A stretch of DNA of 32,000 bases from Propionibacteriaceae bacterium (GTDB lineage: Bacteria > Actinomycetota > Actinomycetes > Propionibacteriales > Propionibacteriaceae): positions 6,547 through 38,546 of the forward strand of contig JAIRQE010000011.1 in NCBI GenBank assembly GCA_031256725.1, written 5' to 3'. Of this stretch, positions 1 through 8,291 are shown piece after piece (positions within the stretch are counted from its first letter, which is position 1; each line of letters opens with the position of its first letter). The notes beneath the pieces are model-generated. The model was given only the letters and a program-made list of their open reading frames with translations, did not search any database and was not told the DNA's origin. Position numbers and translations under genes: made by a program.

Positions 1-71
1 TGTGGGTATTACATCGAAGTAGTAAAGGGATATAGTGGATCATAGATTTCGTGCTGAGTGAAGGAATCATC

Positions 72-1124
72 ATGCTGAGTGCTTTTGGGGTGTCCACTAT
101 TGTGGCCATCATTATTGGTGGTGGGCTGGCTATTCTGGCTTTTCTTCCTATGGTTGCCTATCGGTATAGAAAAGTTGGCCGCTTGAGATTCCTTGATATG
201 GTTCTGCTTCTTGGGGTCGTGATCTATGCCATGACCTTGTGGACCTACACCCTCGTACCATTGCCGGAAACTGCTGATTACACCTGCGCTTCCGCGAATT
301 TCTATCCTTTTGAGTTCGTGAAAGAGGTGATCAAAGAAGGGTTGCCCATCACACACAACAGGTCACTGTTTCATGCCTTCTTCAATGTCATATTCTTTAT
401 TCCACTTGGGGCCATCCTGCGGTTTCTTGCCCATAAAGGGATTGTGTTCACAACCCTCATCGGTTTCGGAGTTTCAGCTCTGATCGAAACGACACAGTTG
501 ACTGGAATCTGGGGGATCTACAAATGTGCATACCGCTACTTTGATGCAGATGACCTCATTTTGAATACTTCGGGAGCCTTACTTGGGTCCCTCATTGGTA
601 TTCCTGTTGCATGGCTTTTCGGAAAGTCTCGTCCACTACCTAAGGTCACAACAGTTACCTTTGGTCGCCGTTTTGTGGGGATGGTGGCTGATGTGATAGC
701 CATCGGCTTTATCGGCTTCCCGACCGCAATCGCATGGCGTGCTGTCCAGTTGTACCTCCTTGGTGTGCCTGCTCGTGAGATGGTGCCAACAATGGATCAG
801 ATCTTCTTGTTCGGTGTACCAGGACTCGTCCAACTGTGCTTTGTGCTCATTGGTGGGCGTACTTTAGGTGAGACCATTGTGCAACTCAGGCCTGTACCTT
901 CGTCTCGCATGGTGGTTATCTCACGGATTATAAAGTACATAACTGGTGTCGGTGGTTTCGTTATTTTGGCCTCTGATCTTGTGCCAAATATCTGGATAAT
1001 CCTTGGATTCCTCCTTGTCACCTTGGTATTCGCTGCTCTGGGAGATCATCGAGGACTCAGCCACAAGCTCGCTCGGATGGAGTTGGAAATTGAGACGAAC
1101 GAGCCGGAGTCGAAACTGGACTAG
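72..1124 (+). CDS. VanZ-like membrane protein fused to an RDD-like C-terminal membrane domain
   Basis: Track ORF 51..1124. The profile is polytopic and hydrophobic. VanZ-type stretches are FFNVIFFIPLGAILRF, ETTQL and DADDLILNTSGALLGSLIG. The C-terminal half (FGRRFVGMVADVIAIGF...) resembles an RDD-family domain. ATG 72 lies 6 nt after GAAGGA (60-65), so it is preferred over GTG 51. Family call is from motif memory. Confidence 0.6.
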   Translation: MLSAFGVSTIVAIIIGGGLAILAFLPMVAYRYRKVGRLRFLDMVLLLGVVIYAMTLWTYTLVPLPETADYTCASANFYPFEFVKEVIKEGLPITHNRSLFHAFFNVIFFIPLGAILRFLAHKGIVFTTLIGFGVSALIETTQLTGIWGIYKCAYRYFDADDLILNTSGALLGSLIGIPVAWLFGKSRPLPKVTTVTFGRRFVGMVADVIAIGFIGFPTAIAWRAVQLYLLGVPAREMVPTMDQIFLFGVPGLVQLCFVLIGGRTLGETIVQLRPVPSSRMVVISRIIKYITGVGGFVILASDLVPNIWIILGFLLVTLVFAALGDHRGLSHKLARMELEIETNEPESKLD

Positions 1125-1185
1125 ACTGTGCCAAAACTTCCGTTGCTTCGGTTTTCGTAGCAATGAGTGATAGGTGGCTCGCGAA

Positions 1186-1521
1186 ATGGACGACCTTGGT
1201 TTCGGGTTGTGGATGACGCTCTTTGGTATGGGTACAGTTTTCGCCCTGCTCTTTCTGCTCATGGGAATCCTGTGGCTTATCGGATGGGAACCCCGTCGAA
1301 GCTCAGACCACCAGGTTCAAGACCCAACACCGACCACTGAAGCGGGTCTGGGTGCTGACTTGTCGGCTGCCATCATGGTTGCCATTGCTGCGTATAGACG
1401 GGATCAGGGTGGTACGCCAACAAAGACCCGTCAGATTCGACGGATATCCGAGATGAGCAGGTGGGGGCAGATTACTAGGAGCATGCAACACCATCATCTT
1501 CCACATCGGGGCCAAGACTAG
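1186..1521 (+). CDS. OadG/MmdD-like small membrane subunit of a Na+-translocating decarboxylase
   Basis: Track ORF 1174..1521. The N-terminus DDLGFGLWMTLFGMGTVFALLFLLMGILWLI fits the OadG-type single-TM anchor pattern, and LSAAIMVAIAAY occurs later. It sits directly upstream of the biotin carrier and beta subunit genes. ATG 1186 follows AGGTGG (1172-1177). Confidence 0.55.
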   Translation: MDDLGFGLWMTLFGMGTVFALLFLLMGILWLIGWEPRRSSDHQVQDPTPTTEAGLGADLSAAIMVAIAAYRRDQGGTPTKTRQIRRISEMSRWGQITRSMQHHHLPHRGQD

Positions 1522-1535
1522 AGAATAGGGTAACA

Positions 1536-1955
1536 ATGACACGGCGGTACACAGTCAAAATTGGCGATGTTGATTATGTCTTGGATCTTGCCGAAGTGTC
1601 CAAGGATCGCTATAGCGTGGGTCTCAGTGATGGTCGAGTCTTGGACGTCACTCTTGTTGGCGAGGAAGACCTTGACCAAAAAACCTCTGAAACCCTTCAA
1701 CCTGCTGAAGAATCTGGTGTGCCCCTGACACAGAATCAAGCTGGAGTCGTCAAGGCGCCAATGCCTGGAGTGGTCTTTGGTGTCGAAGTGGCTGTGGGTA
1801 CACAGGTACACAGGGGTGACCTGGTGGTTGTCCTCGAAGCGATGAAAATGGAGAATGCCATTTGTGCCCCCCACGATGGGATTGTCACCGCAATTCGCGT
1901 GGCTTCGGGCGACGCGGTTGAGCATGGTGCTGTACTCGTCGAGCTTGGGGGGTAG
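1536..1955 (+). CDS. Biotin carboxyl carrier (biotinyl-domain) subunit of a decarboxylase
   Basis: 139 aa. The C-terminal biotinyl/lipoyl-type domain carries the canonical biotinylation motif EAMKMEN (VVVLEAMKMENAICAP). The context is between the OadG-like and beta subunits. Confidence 0.85.
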   Translation: MTRRYTVKIGDVDYVLDLAEVSKDRYSVGLSDGRVLDVTLVGEEDLDQKTSETLQPAEESGVPLTQNQAGVVKAPMPGVVFGVEVAVGTQVHRGDLVVVLEAMKMENAICAPHDGIVTAIRVASGDAVEHGAVLVELGG

Positions 1956-1963
1956 GCTCAATC

Positions 1964-3073
1964 ATGTGGGACTCACTCTTCGAGGGAATACTGAACGTCA
2001 CATGGCAGTCCGTGGCGATGATTGCGGTCGGAGCCCTTCTTATTTGGTTAGCAGTTGCTCGTAAGTACGAACCCCTGTTGCTCCTGCCTATTGGCGCTGG
2101 AGCTATTCTCACCAATCTGCCCCTGTCGCCCTTGGTGGCCCCAGATGGGATGTTGAGTTTCCTCTACAACGTGGGTGTGGGTAATGAGTTATTTCCCTTG
2201 CTGATCTTTGTTGGGATTGGCGCACTCACCGATTTTGGTCCACTTTTGGAGAATCCGAAGATGGTTCTCTTGGGCGCAGCCGGTCAGTTTGGGATCTTCC
2301 TCACACTCATCCTGGCTTTGTTGTTGGGGTTCACTCGCGAAGAGGCAGCCTCAATTGGGATCATTGGCGCCATTGATGGACCAACGTCGATCTATGTTTC
2401 TGGGATCCTGGCCCCACATCTTATGGGCCCCATCACTGTTGCTGCCTATAGTTACATGGCCTTGGTGCCCATCATCATGCCCCCAATTATGAGGGTGCTG
2501 ACCACGAAGAAGGAACGCTCCATAAGGATGCCGTACACCCAGCGCGAGATCAGCCGTCGTACGCGAATCCTCTTCCCCATCATCGTGACCATTGTGGTCG
2601 GGATCTTGGTACCTTTTGCAACACCATTGATTGGGATGCTCATGCTGGGTAACCTCATGAGGGAATCCAAGGTTGTGGAACGCCTGACACATGCTTCGGC
2701 TAATGAACTGGCCAACGTGGTGACCCTCTTCCTTGGTCTGGCTATCGGCTCAACTATGAAGGGTGAAGCCTTCCTTCAACTCACGACTTTGGCGATCCTG
2801 GCCTTGGGGTTGGGTGCCTTCATCCTTGACACTGCAACAGGGGTACTTTTCGGGAAGCTCATGAACCTTTTTTCTCGGGGAAACTTCAACCCTCTTATTG
2901 GCGCTGCAGGGATCTCTGCCTTCCCTATGGCTGCCCGTGTGGTACAAAAGGAAGCAGCTCGTGAGGATTTCGACAACTTCATCCTCATGCATGCCATGGG
3001 TGCCAATGCTGCTGGTCAGATCGCCTCAGTGGTTGCCGGCGGTACTCTGCTTGCACTCATGAGTGTTGCATAA
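1964..3073 (+). CDS. Na+-translocating decarboxylase beta subunit (OadB/MmdB/GcdB family)
   Basis: 369-aa polytopic membrane protein. Family-typical stretches are SIGIIGAIDGPTSIY, IGAAGISAFPMAARVV and MHAMGANAAGQI. The substrate (oxaloacetate, methylmalonyl-CoA or glutaconyl-CoA) cannot be decided from this subunit. Confidence 0.85.
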   Translation: MWDSLFEGILNVTWQSVAMIAVGALLIWLAVARKYEPLLLLPIGAGAILTNLPLSPLVAPDGMLSFLYNVGVGNELFPLLIFVGIGALTDFGPLLENPKMVLLGAAGQFGIFLTLILALLLGFTREEAASIGIIGAIDGPTSIYVSGILAPHLMGPITVAAYSYMALVPIIMPPIMRVLTTKKERSIRMPYTQREISRRTRILFPIIVTIVVGILVPFATPLIGMLMLGNLMRESKVVERLTHASANELANVVTLFLGLAIGSTMKGEAFLQLTTLAILALGLGAFILDTATGVLFGKLMNLFSRGNFNPLIGAAGISAFPMAARVVQKEAAREDFDNFILMHAMGANAAGQIASVVAGGTLLALMSVA

Positions 3074-3082
3074 AGGCGTTGG

Positions 3083-3868
3083 ATGCTGGATCTTTCTGTA
3101 CTCACTCTGATCGCCATATGTGTAGCTTCGCTGGTTGCAGGATGGGTGAATGCCGTTGTTGGCGGCGGGGGAGTAATCCAGATGCCTGCCCTATTGATTG
3201 CGCTTCCCTCTGAAACCCCTGTTGCCACGATCTCGGGTACAAACAAACTCGGGTCAATATCGGGTACTGCTGCCGCCTGTGCCGCCTATATTCCTAAGAT
3301 GTCTATTCAATGGCCGACGGTGATCGTGGCAATCGTATTCGCGTACGCAGGAGCTACCGCAGGTGCGAATCTTGTTCAATATGTACCTCGGTCGGTGTTC
3401 ATTCCCATCATCATTGTGGTTGTTGCCCTCGTTGGTATCCACACCCTGCGTAACCCCCAACTCGGACAGATCAGCGCTGAAAAGTACACAGGGCGAAAGA
3501 GGTCACTGATCTCGGCTGGTATCGGGACGGTCTGCGGAATCTGGGATGGGGTCATCGGTCCAGGTACGGGAATCTTCCTCATCCTCGGTTTCGTCGTCAT
3601 CCTGGGTTTCGGGTTCCTCGAAGCCTCCGCGATGGCGAAACTCGTGAACCTCACCTCGAATCTTGCTGCCCTCATCGTTTTGGGAGTCACCGGTCATGTC
3701 CTATGGTTCTTGGGTGGACTCATGGCTCTGTGTAGCCTGATTGGCGGCTTCATCGGCGCTCACATGGCTCTCAAGTACGGCAATTCCTTTATCCGAAGGA
3801 TCTTCCTCATTGCGGTCATCATCCTTGAAGTCCGACTCATCTATGACGCCATCCTGTTATTCATGTAA
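3083..3868 (+). CDS. TauE/SafE (TSUP, DUF81) family anion permease
   Basis: 261-aa polytopic protein. It has the family-typical N-terminal VVGGGGVIQMPALL and a repeated half-domain architecture. Confidence 0.75.
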   Translation: MLDLSVLTLIAICVASLVAGWVNAVVGGGGVIQMPALLIALPSETPVATISGTNKLGSISGTAAACAAYIPKMSIQWPTVIVAIVFAYAGATAGANLVQYVPRSVFIPIIIVVVALVGIHTLRNPQLGQISAEKYTGRKRSLISAGIGTVCGIWDGVIGPGTGIFLILGFVVILGFGFLEASAMAKLVNLTSNLAALIVLGVTGHVLWFLGGLMALCSLIGGFIGAHMALKYGNSFIRRIFLIAVIILEVRLIYDAILLFM

Positions 3869-4046
3869 CCCTTGGCTAAATGATAGTAAAATTCTTGAGT
3901 AAACGCGCAATCAAACGTAGCACTATCTTGTCTGTCGCAGATGGACTGTTGTGGTTGAGGTAGATTTGGTGCGATTGAGGGGGGGATACGGCTATCGACT
4001 TCATCATCGTCTCGATCCCAGCGCTGAGTGCCGATATCCAAGACAC

Positions 4047-4076
4047 ATTCCAGGGCCTTGTATTCCAGGGCCTTGT
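4047..4076. repeat. Perfect 15-bp tandem duplication (attccagggccttgt x2)
   Basis: Read directly: unit 1 is 4047-4061 and unit 2 is 4062-4076, and they are identical. It lies in the 440-bp gap between the convergent genes ending at 3868 and 4312. Confidence 0.9.
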
Positions 4077-4254
4077 ACTGATCACGGTGATTCTCATACA
4101 GACTGCTGGACCTCCCATAAGGGAACGTTTGAAATCTATGAAACGAAAATGCAGTCTCACCCCTGCGCCAAGCTGAGTAGATCAACACAGGAAAATCCTG
4201 TAGTGCGGAACTCCGCCCAATCGGTCATATACCCCATGACGTTGGTGGAGTTAG

Positions 4255-4294
4255 GGGGTGGTTTCAGACCGGAAATCGCCCCACCACCCCTTTT
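4255..4294 (+). terminator. Candidate intrinsic terminator (plus-strand orientation)
   Basis: 8-bp GC-rich stem ggggtggt (4255-4262) / accacccc (4283-4290), a 20-nt loop, then tttt (4291-4294). The T-run follows the stem only on the plus strand. It lies ~390 nt after the TauE stop and 18 nt from the stop of the minus-strand gene. Confidence 0.35.
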
Positions 4295-4311
4295 CGGTAT
4301 GGGTTAGGTGT

Positions 4312-4917
4312 CTAATTCGCTGAGTCAACGAGTACGAAGGTGTATTCGTCGGTTCCAGGCAGGGAGTCGATAAAGCCTTTCACCTGGTCCTTGGCTTCCT
4401 TGGAGGCAGTCAGAAGCATGCCACTCGTACGAGCGCGATCTTCCATGGCAGATAACTCATGGTCGAAAAGCTCAGTAAAGTCAGCGATCTTGTTGTGGTT
4501 GAAAACATTGTCGTGATCGAAGAGTACTTCGGTTGTACCTGGAACTAGGGAATGGGAGAGGATCTGAGCAGGTGGGAAGGCAATAGTGACTACAGTCCCA
4601 GACTGGGTGAATGTCAACCTACTAGCATCAACACCAATCTCCATGACTCCGTCGTAGCGTACGGCCAAATAGGCTTTGGTGAAGGGAATCTCAATCCCAG
4701 CGATTTGGGACACGCTTTCGTGGTAGACCACATTGGAATACTGGTAGGTCAGCGATGAGATCTTGAAGCCTTTCACCACTGATTCCTGAAAAGGAGCACC
4801 TGTGGGTGGAGTGTCGTTGGTTCCCTTATCCCGATCCCAGGGGCTCATAATCACCACAGTGATGACGCTGGCAAGAACGAGAATGATGCCGATGAGGATG
4901 ACGACGAGTTTCTTCAT
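4312..4917 (-). CDS. Membrane-anchored protein, DUF4230-like
   Basis: 201 aa. It has an N-terminal TM anchor (MKKLVVILIGIILVLASVITVVIM). The stretch LTYQYSNVVYHES...IEIPFTKAYLAVRYDGVMEIGVD...VTIAFPPAQILSH matches my memory of DUF4230 proteins. It starts 3 nt after the upstream phosphatase gene on the same strand. Confidence 0.6.
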   Translation of the reverse strand: MKKLVVILIGIILVLASVITVVIMSPWDRDKGTNDTPPTGAPFQESVVKGFKISSLTYQYSNVVYHESVSQIAGIEIPFTKAYLAVRYDGVMEIGVDASRLTFTQSGTVVTIAFPPAQILSHSLVPGTTEVLFDHDNVFNHNKIADFTELFDHELSAMEDRARTSGMLLTASKEAKDQVKGFIDSLPGTDEYTFVLVDSAN

Positions 4918-4920
4918 CGT

Positions 4921-5484
4921 TCACTTTGCTGTGAGTACATGAGTAATCGTGGTGACGGCCTGATAGATGAGGGTGAAGGCCGTGATGTAGACATCTTCAC
5001 CATGACCATAGGGGTCAGGTACATCCAACTGCTTATCCGTCAAACGCATCTTGGGGCGCGAACTCTTCACATAATCAGCTAGGGGTTCTAAGCGTTCCTC
5101 AATGGAGAGATGGGCGATCTCTCCCAGATCTAGGACAGACAGTGGAATTGCGAATTCTAAAAGTGTGAAGGTTTTATGCATCGCTTTGGGTTGAAGATCG
5201 ACAACTTTGGCGCGATGCTCAACAGTTGCGGTAATGATCAAATCGGCGCCATCAATCAAAGGTGCAGTGAGTTGGCGTGCCTGGAAATTCGCGGTAGGGA
5301 CGTTAACCCTGTCAAGAAGTTCAGACATGTCTGGGGCAATAGGTGAACCAATCATGGCTCCTGTACCTGCGCTGGCTACGAGGGCTTCTTGACCTAACCG
5401 AGAGCGGAAAACGCGCTCAATAGCAGGGGAGCGGCAGATATTGCCTGTACAAACAGCGAGAATTCGAGGGGCTCCGTACTGCAT
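4921..5484 (-). CDS. Low-molecular-weight protein-tyrosine phosphatase
   Basis: It has the CX5R(S) P-loop ILAVCTGNICRSP near the N-terminus and a DP-loop (LDVPDPYG) near the C-terminus. It is divergent from a BY-kinase gene. Confidence 0.85.
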   Translation of the reverse strand: MQYGAPRILAVCTGNICRSPAIERVFRSRLGQEALVASAGTGAMIGSPIAPDMSELLDRVNVPTANFQARQLTAPLIDGADLIITATVEHRAKVVDLQPKAMHKTFTLLEFAIPLSVLDLGEIAHLSIEERLEPLADYVKSSRPKMRLTDKQLDVPDPYGHGEDVYITAFTLIYQAVTTITHVLTAK

Positions 5485-5553
5485 GTCTCTCTCTTTATGT
5501 GGTCGAATCCGGGATTGTATCTCGCCGTATTCGCGACAACATACAATGAACAG

Positions 5554-5570
5554 TGCTTACATTGTAAGCA
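5554..5570. promoter_or_regulatory. 17-bp perfect palindrome (candidate operator) in the divergent phosphatase/kinase promoter region
   Basis: TGCTTACA-T-TGTAAGCA, with 8-bp arms and a 1-nt centre. It is too tight for an RNA hairpin and so fits a dimeric DNA-binding site better. It lies 64 nt upstream of ATG 5634 and 70 nt upstream of the minus-strand start at 5484. A TACAAT sequence sits at 5542-5547. Confidence 0.3.
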
Positions 5571-5633
5571 GGGTTTTCATCTTGGGCTAGCCTATCGTGT
5601 ACTGTAGACGAGCAAGAACTAGGCTCATTAGAA

Positions 5634-7070
5634 ATGGAAGATGAGGGGTCAGTGGAGTTTCGTGAATACCTAACCGTACTGCGGAAGTATTGGTTTAGCA
5701 TTATTCTTCTCACCCTGCTGGGTGCAGGTGCCGCAGGTGCCTATATCTATGTCACTCCTCCTGTGTATACCGCACGAAGTACGGTGTTCCTCACTGTGAA
5801 TATTGGTAACTCGGTGAGCGACTTTGCGCAAGGGTCCAACTATGCGACCTCTCAGGCTCGATCCTTCGCACAGATTGTGACAACTCCTTTAGTGTTGGAC
5901 CCGGTTATCAAGGAACTCCAGCTCACGACCACTGCATCGGGTTTGTCCGGCAGGATCTCGGCAACGATCCCCACAAACACTTCCCTCATCACTATTACTG
6001 CGCGTGACGGCGATGCGAAGCTCAGCGCAGACATCGCTCAGAAGGTCGCCATGAGCCTCCGTACCGCTATTGGCAAGCTGACTGCCACGGACAAAGATGG
6101 ACGCCCTGTGGTCGAGGGTACGATCGTTACCCCCGCTGCGACCCCAGTGTCACCCACAAGTCCGCAGGTCACCCAGACTTTGGCCTTGGGTATCGTGGCT
6201 GGTTTGGCTATTGGTATTGGTCTGGCGGTTTTACGTAAGTCTCTCGACGTTCGAGTACACACCAGCAAGGATGTTACCGACGCGATCCCCTACCCTGTGG
6301 TCGGCTCAATTCCTAAGGATCCGGTTCTTATCCGAGACCCGGTGATCATGATCGCACAACCAACCTCGGGTCTCGCTGAAAGATTCCGCCAGCTTCGTAC
6401 CAGCCTCCTCTTCTTCAATATTGAGGATGATAAGCCCTTCAACTTTGTTGTCACCTCCGCTCTAGAGTCTGAGGGTAAGACTTCGATCGCTGTCAACATT
6501 GCCTATGCCTTGGCTGAGCAGGGGGACCGTGTGCTCCTGATCGACGCTGACTTGAGGCGTCCAAGGGTTGCTGCCTACCTCCAGCTTGAAGGCGGTGCCG
6601 GTTTGACCACGGTACTACTGAATCGTGCCCGTTTCGGTGACGTGGTTCAGTCCCTGGGCGTGGGGTATCCTGATGTACTCGCTTCTGGACCTGTACCTCC
6701 GAACCCTGCAGAGTTGGTTGGTTCCAGGCGAATGAAGCAACTCCTTGAGCAGGTCTCCAACCACTATCAGGCTGTTGTGGTTGACGCAGCCCCCCTACTG
6801 CCAGTAGCGGACTCCTTGTCCCTGCTTCCTCACGTGACTGGCGTGGTCATGGTCAGTGCCGCAGAGCGTGCAACCATCCCTGAACTGAAGCTGGCTGTTG
6901 AATCTGTTGAGCGTACGGGCACCCCAATCATGGGTGTCGTGATGAACAAGCTGCGCCGTCATGGTGGTCGTAGTTCCCATTACTACTACACCTATGAGCA
7001 ACGTGACCCCAATAATCTCACCAAGGCTGATAAGAAGAGGGGCAAGAGGGCTTCCTCCAGCTTCTCCTGA
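5634..7070 (+). CDS. Polysaccharide co-polymerase/BY-type protein-tyrosine autokinase (Wzc/CpsCD-like fusion)
   Basis: The N-terminal Wzz-like domain has two TM segments (FREYLTVLRKYWFSIILLTLLGAGAAGAYIYV ... LALGIVAGLAIGIGLAVL). The C-terminal P-loop ATPase has Walker A TSALESEGKTS, A' VLLIDADLRRPR and B VVVDAAPLL. The tail is Tyr-rich (SSHYYYTYEQ). GTG 5652 is an alternative start. Confidence 0.85.
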   Translation: MEDEGSVEFREYLTVLRKYWFSIILLTLLGAGAAGAYIYVTPPVYTARSTVFLTVNIGNSVSDFAQGSNYATSQARSFAQIVTTPLVLDPVIKELQLTTTASGLSGRISATIPTNTSLITITARDGDAKLSADIAQKVAMSLRTAIGKLTATDKDGRPVVEGTIVTPAATPVSPTSPQVTQTLALGIVAGLAIGIGLAVLRKSLDVRVHTSKDVTDAIPYPVVGSIPKDPVLIRDPVIMIAQPTSGLAERFRQLRTSLLFFNIEDDKPFNFVVTSALESEGKTSIAVNIAYALAEQGDRVLLIDADLRRPRVAAYLQLEGGAGLTTVLLNRARFGDVVQSLGVGYPDVLASGPVPPNPAELVGSRRMKQLLEQVSNHYQAVVVDAAPLLPVADSLSLLPHVTGVVMVSAAERATIPELKLAVESVERTGTPIMGVVMNKLRRHGGRSSHYYYTYEQRDPNNLTKADKKRGKRASSSFS

Positions 7071-7173
7071 TCATCCTTACTTAGGGGGAATCCGCCTGGC
7101 GACTCCCATATCTGTGGGGGGTCACTAAGCAGTACAATGGTGGCGATAAATCTACAATTTCAGGGAGATTGCT

Positions 7174-8013
7174 GTGAGCGACGAAGACGACATCTTAGTG
7201 TTGGTTCCAGAGCCAGGCCCCAGAAACCCAGAACTCACTGAGGCTGTCATCATTGCGATGTGTAACCAGAAGGGCGGGGTTGGAAAGACCACGACCACAA
7301 TCAACTTGGGTGCAGCACTTGCAGAATTCGGGCGACGTGTTTTGCTCATCGACTTGGACCCGCAGGGCTCACTATCTGTGGGACTGGGGTTTAATCCTCA
7401 TTCCTTGGAGGCTTCGGTCTATGACCTTCTCATGGTCAAGGGTACGAACCCCCATGATCTGATCTTGGGTACAAAGGTCCCTGGGCTCGATATTCTTCCA
7501 GCCAATATTGATTTGTCTGCAGCGGAAGTGCAATTGGTCTCCGAGGTGGCCCGTGAACACACATTGACGAGGGTGATCCAGCCACTCAAGAAGGATTACG
7601 ACATCATTCTTATTGACTGTGCCCCATCCTTGGGTCTGCTCACAGTCAATGCACTGACATGTGCTGATGGGGTGCTCATCCCTCTGGAAAGTGAGTTCTT
7701 CGCCCTTCGAGGTGTCGCCATGCTCACCGATACCATCTCCAAGGTTCAGGATCGACTCAACCAGTCGCTGCAACTTATTGGGATCGTGGGGACAATGTAC
7801 GATCCACGTACCCTCCATAATCGTGAGGTCCTTGAAAGGGTACAAGAAGCCTTCAAGGAAGTAGTCTTCCAAACCAGGATTAGGCGGACCGTGAAATTCC
7901 CTGAGACCACTGTTGCTGGGGAACCTATTACGACCTATGCGCCCACCTCCTCTGGTGCTCAGCAGTACCGCAATCTAGCTAAGGAGGTACTTGCCCGATG
8001 TCCAGCCGCGTAA
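7174..8013 (+). CDS. ParA/Soj-family P-loop ATPase (orphan ParA preceding scpAB)
   Basis: It has the deviant Walker A CNQKGGVGKTTTTINLG and ParA-typical LLIDLDPQGS and ILIDCAPSLG. The GTG start lies 6 nt after AGGGAG. No parB-like gene follows. Confidence 0.9.
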   Translation: MSDEDDILVLVPEPGPRNPELTEAVIIAMCNQKGGVGKTTTTINLGAALAEFGRRVLLIDLDPQGSLSVGLGFNPHSLEASVYDLLMVKGTNPHDLILGTKVPGLDILPANIDLSAAEVQLVSEVAREHTLTRVIQPLKKDYDIILIDCAPSLGLLTVNALTCADGVLIPLESEFFALRGVAMLTDTISKVQDRLNQSLQLIGIVGTMYDPRTLHNREVLERVQEAFKEVVFQTRIRRTVKFPETTVAGEPITTYAPTSSGAQQYRNLAKEVLARCPAA

Positions 8014-8291
8014 CACTACCAGGGGCTCAGGAACTCTTTCGTCAAACCGGCGCTAAACCCCTAGAGTCTGGGGAAGCCATGGCCTCAGGCAGGGTACGAC
8101 ACGACGAAAAGATCACCGTCTATGTTTCATCGGATGAGTTGATCGCATTGGAGGATGCCCGTTTGGCTCTTCGCAAGGCAGGAATCAGCGTGGATCGCGG
8201 TCGCATAGTTCGAGCTGCCATTGCTCGTGCACTGGCTGACCTTGATGAGAATGGGGCTAATGCTGAGATTGTGGCCAGGTTGGGGACGTGA
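7998..8291 (+). CDS. Small conserved-looking protein, possible ribbon-helix-helix fold
   Basis: 97-aa ORF. A strong SD AAGGAGG (7981-7987) lies 10 nt before ATG 7998. The ORF overlaps the parA end by 16 nt and the scpA GTG by 4 nt (GTGA). The pattern KITVYVSSDELIALEDARLALRK...RGRIVRAAIARALADL reads as strand-helix-helix. Function unknown. Confidence 0.5.
   Translation: MSSRVTLPGAQELFRQTGAKPLESGEAMASGRVRHDEKITVYVSSDELIALEDARLALRKAGISVDRGRIVRAAIARALADLDENGANAEIVARLGT

Noticed and set aside
1223-1456. Alternative-frame 77-aa ORF overlapping the OadG-like gene
   Set aside because: It is out of frame with the OadG-like ORF, whose N-terminus matches the family pattern. The alternative frame has no RBS and is Cys/Trp/Arg-rich.
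3841-4307. ORFs 3841-4188 (-), 3876-4160 (-) and 3951-4307 (+) in the TauE/DUF4230 gap
   Set aside because: They are mutually overlapping. One reads through the terminator hairpin and one overlaps the TauE 3' end. None resembles a family I know. The evidence is insufficient to call a CDS or a pseudogene.
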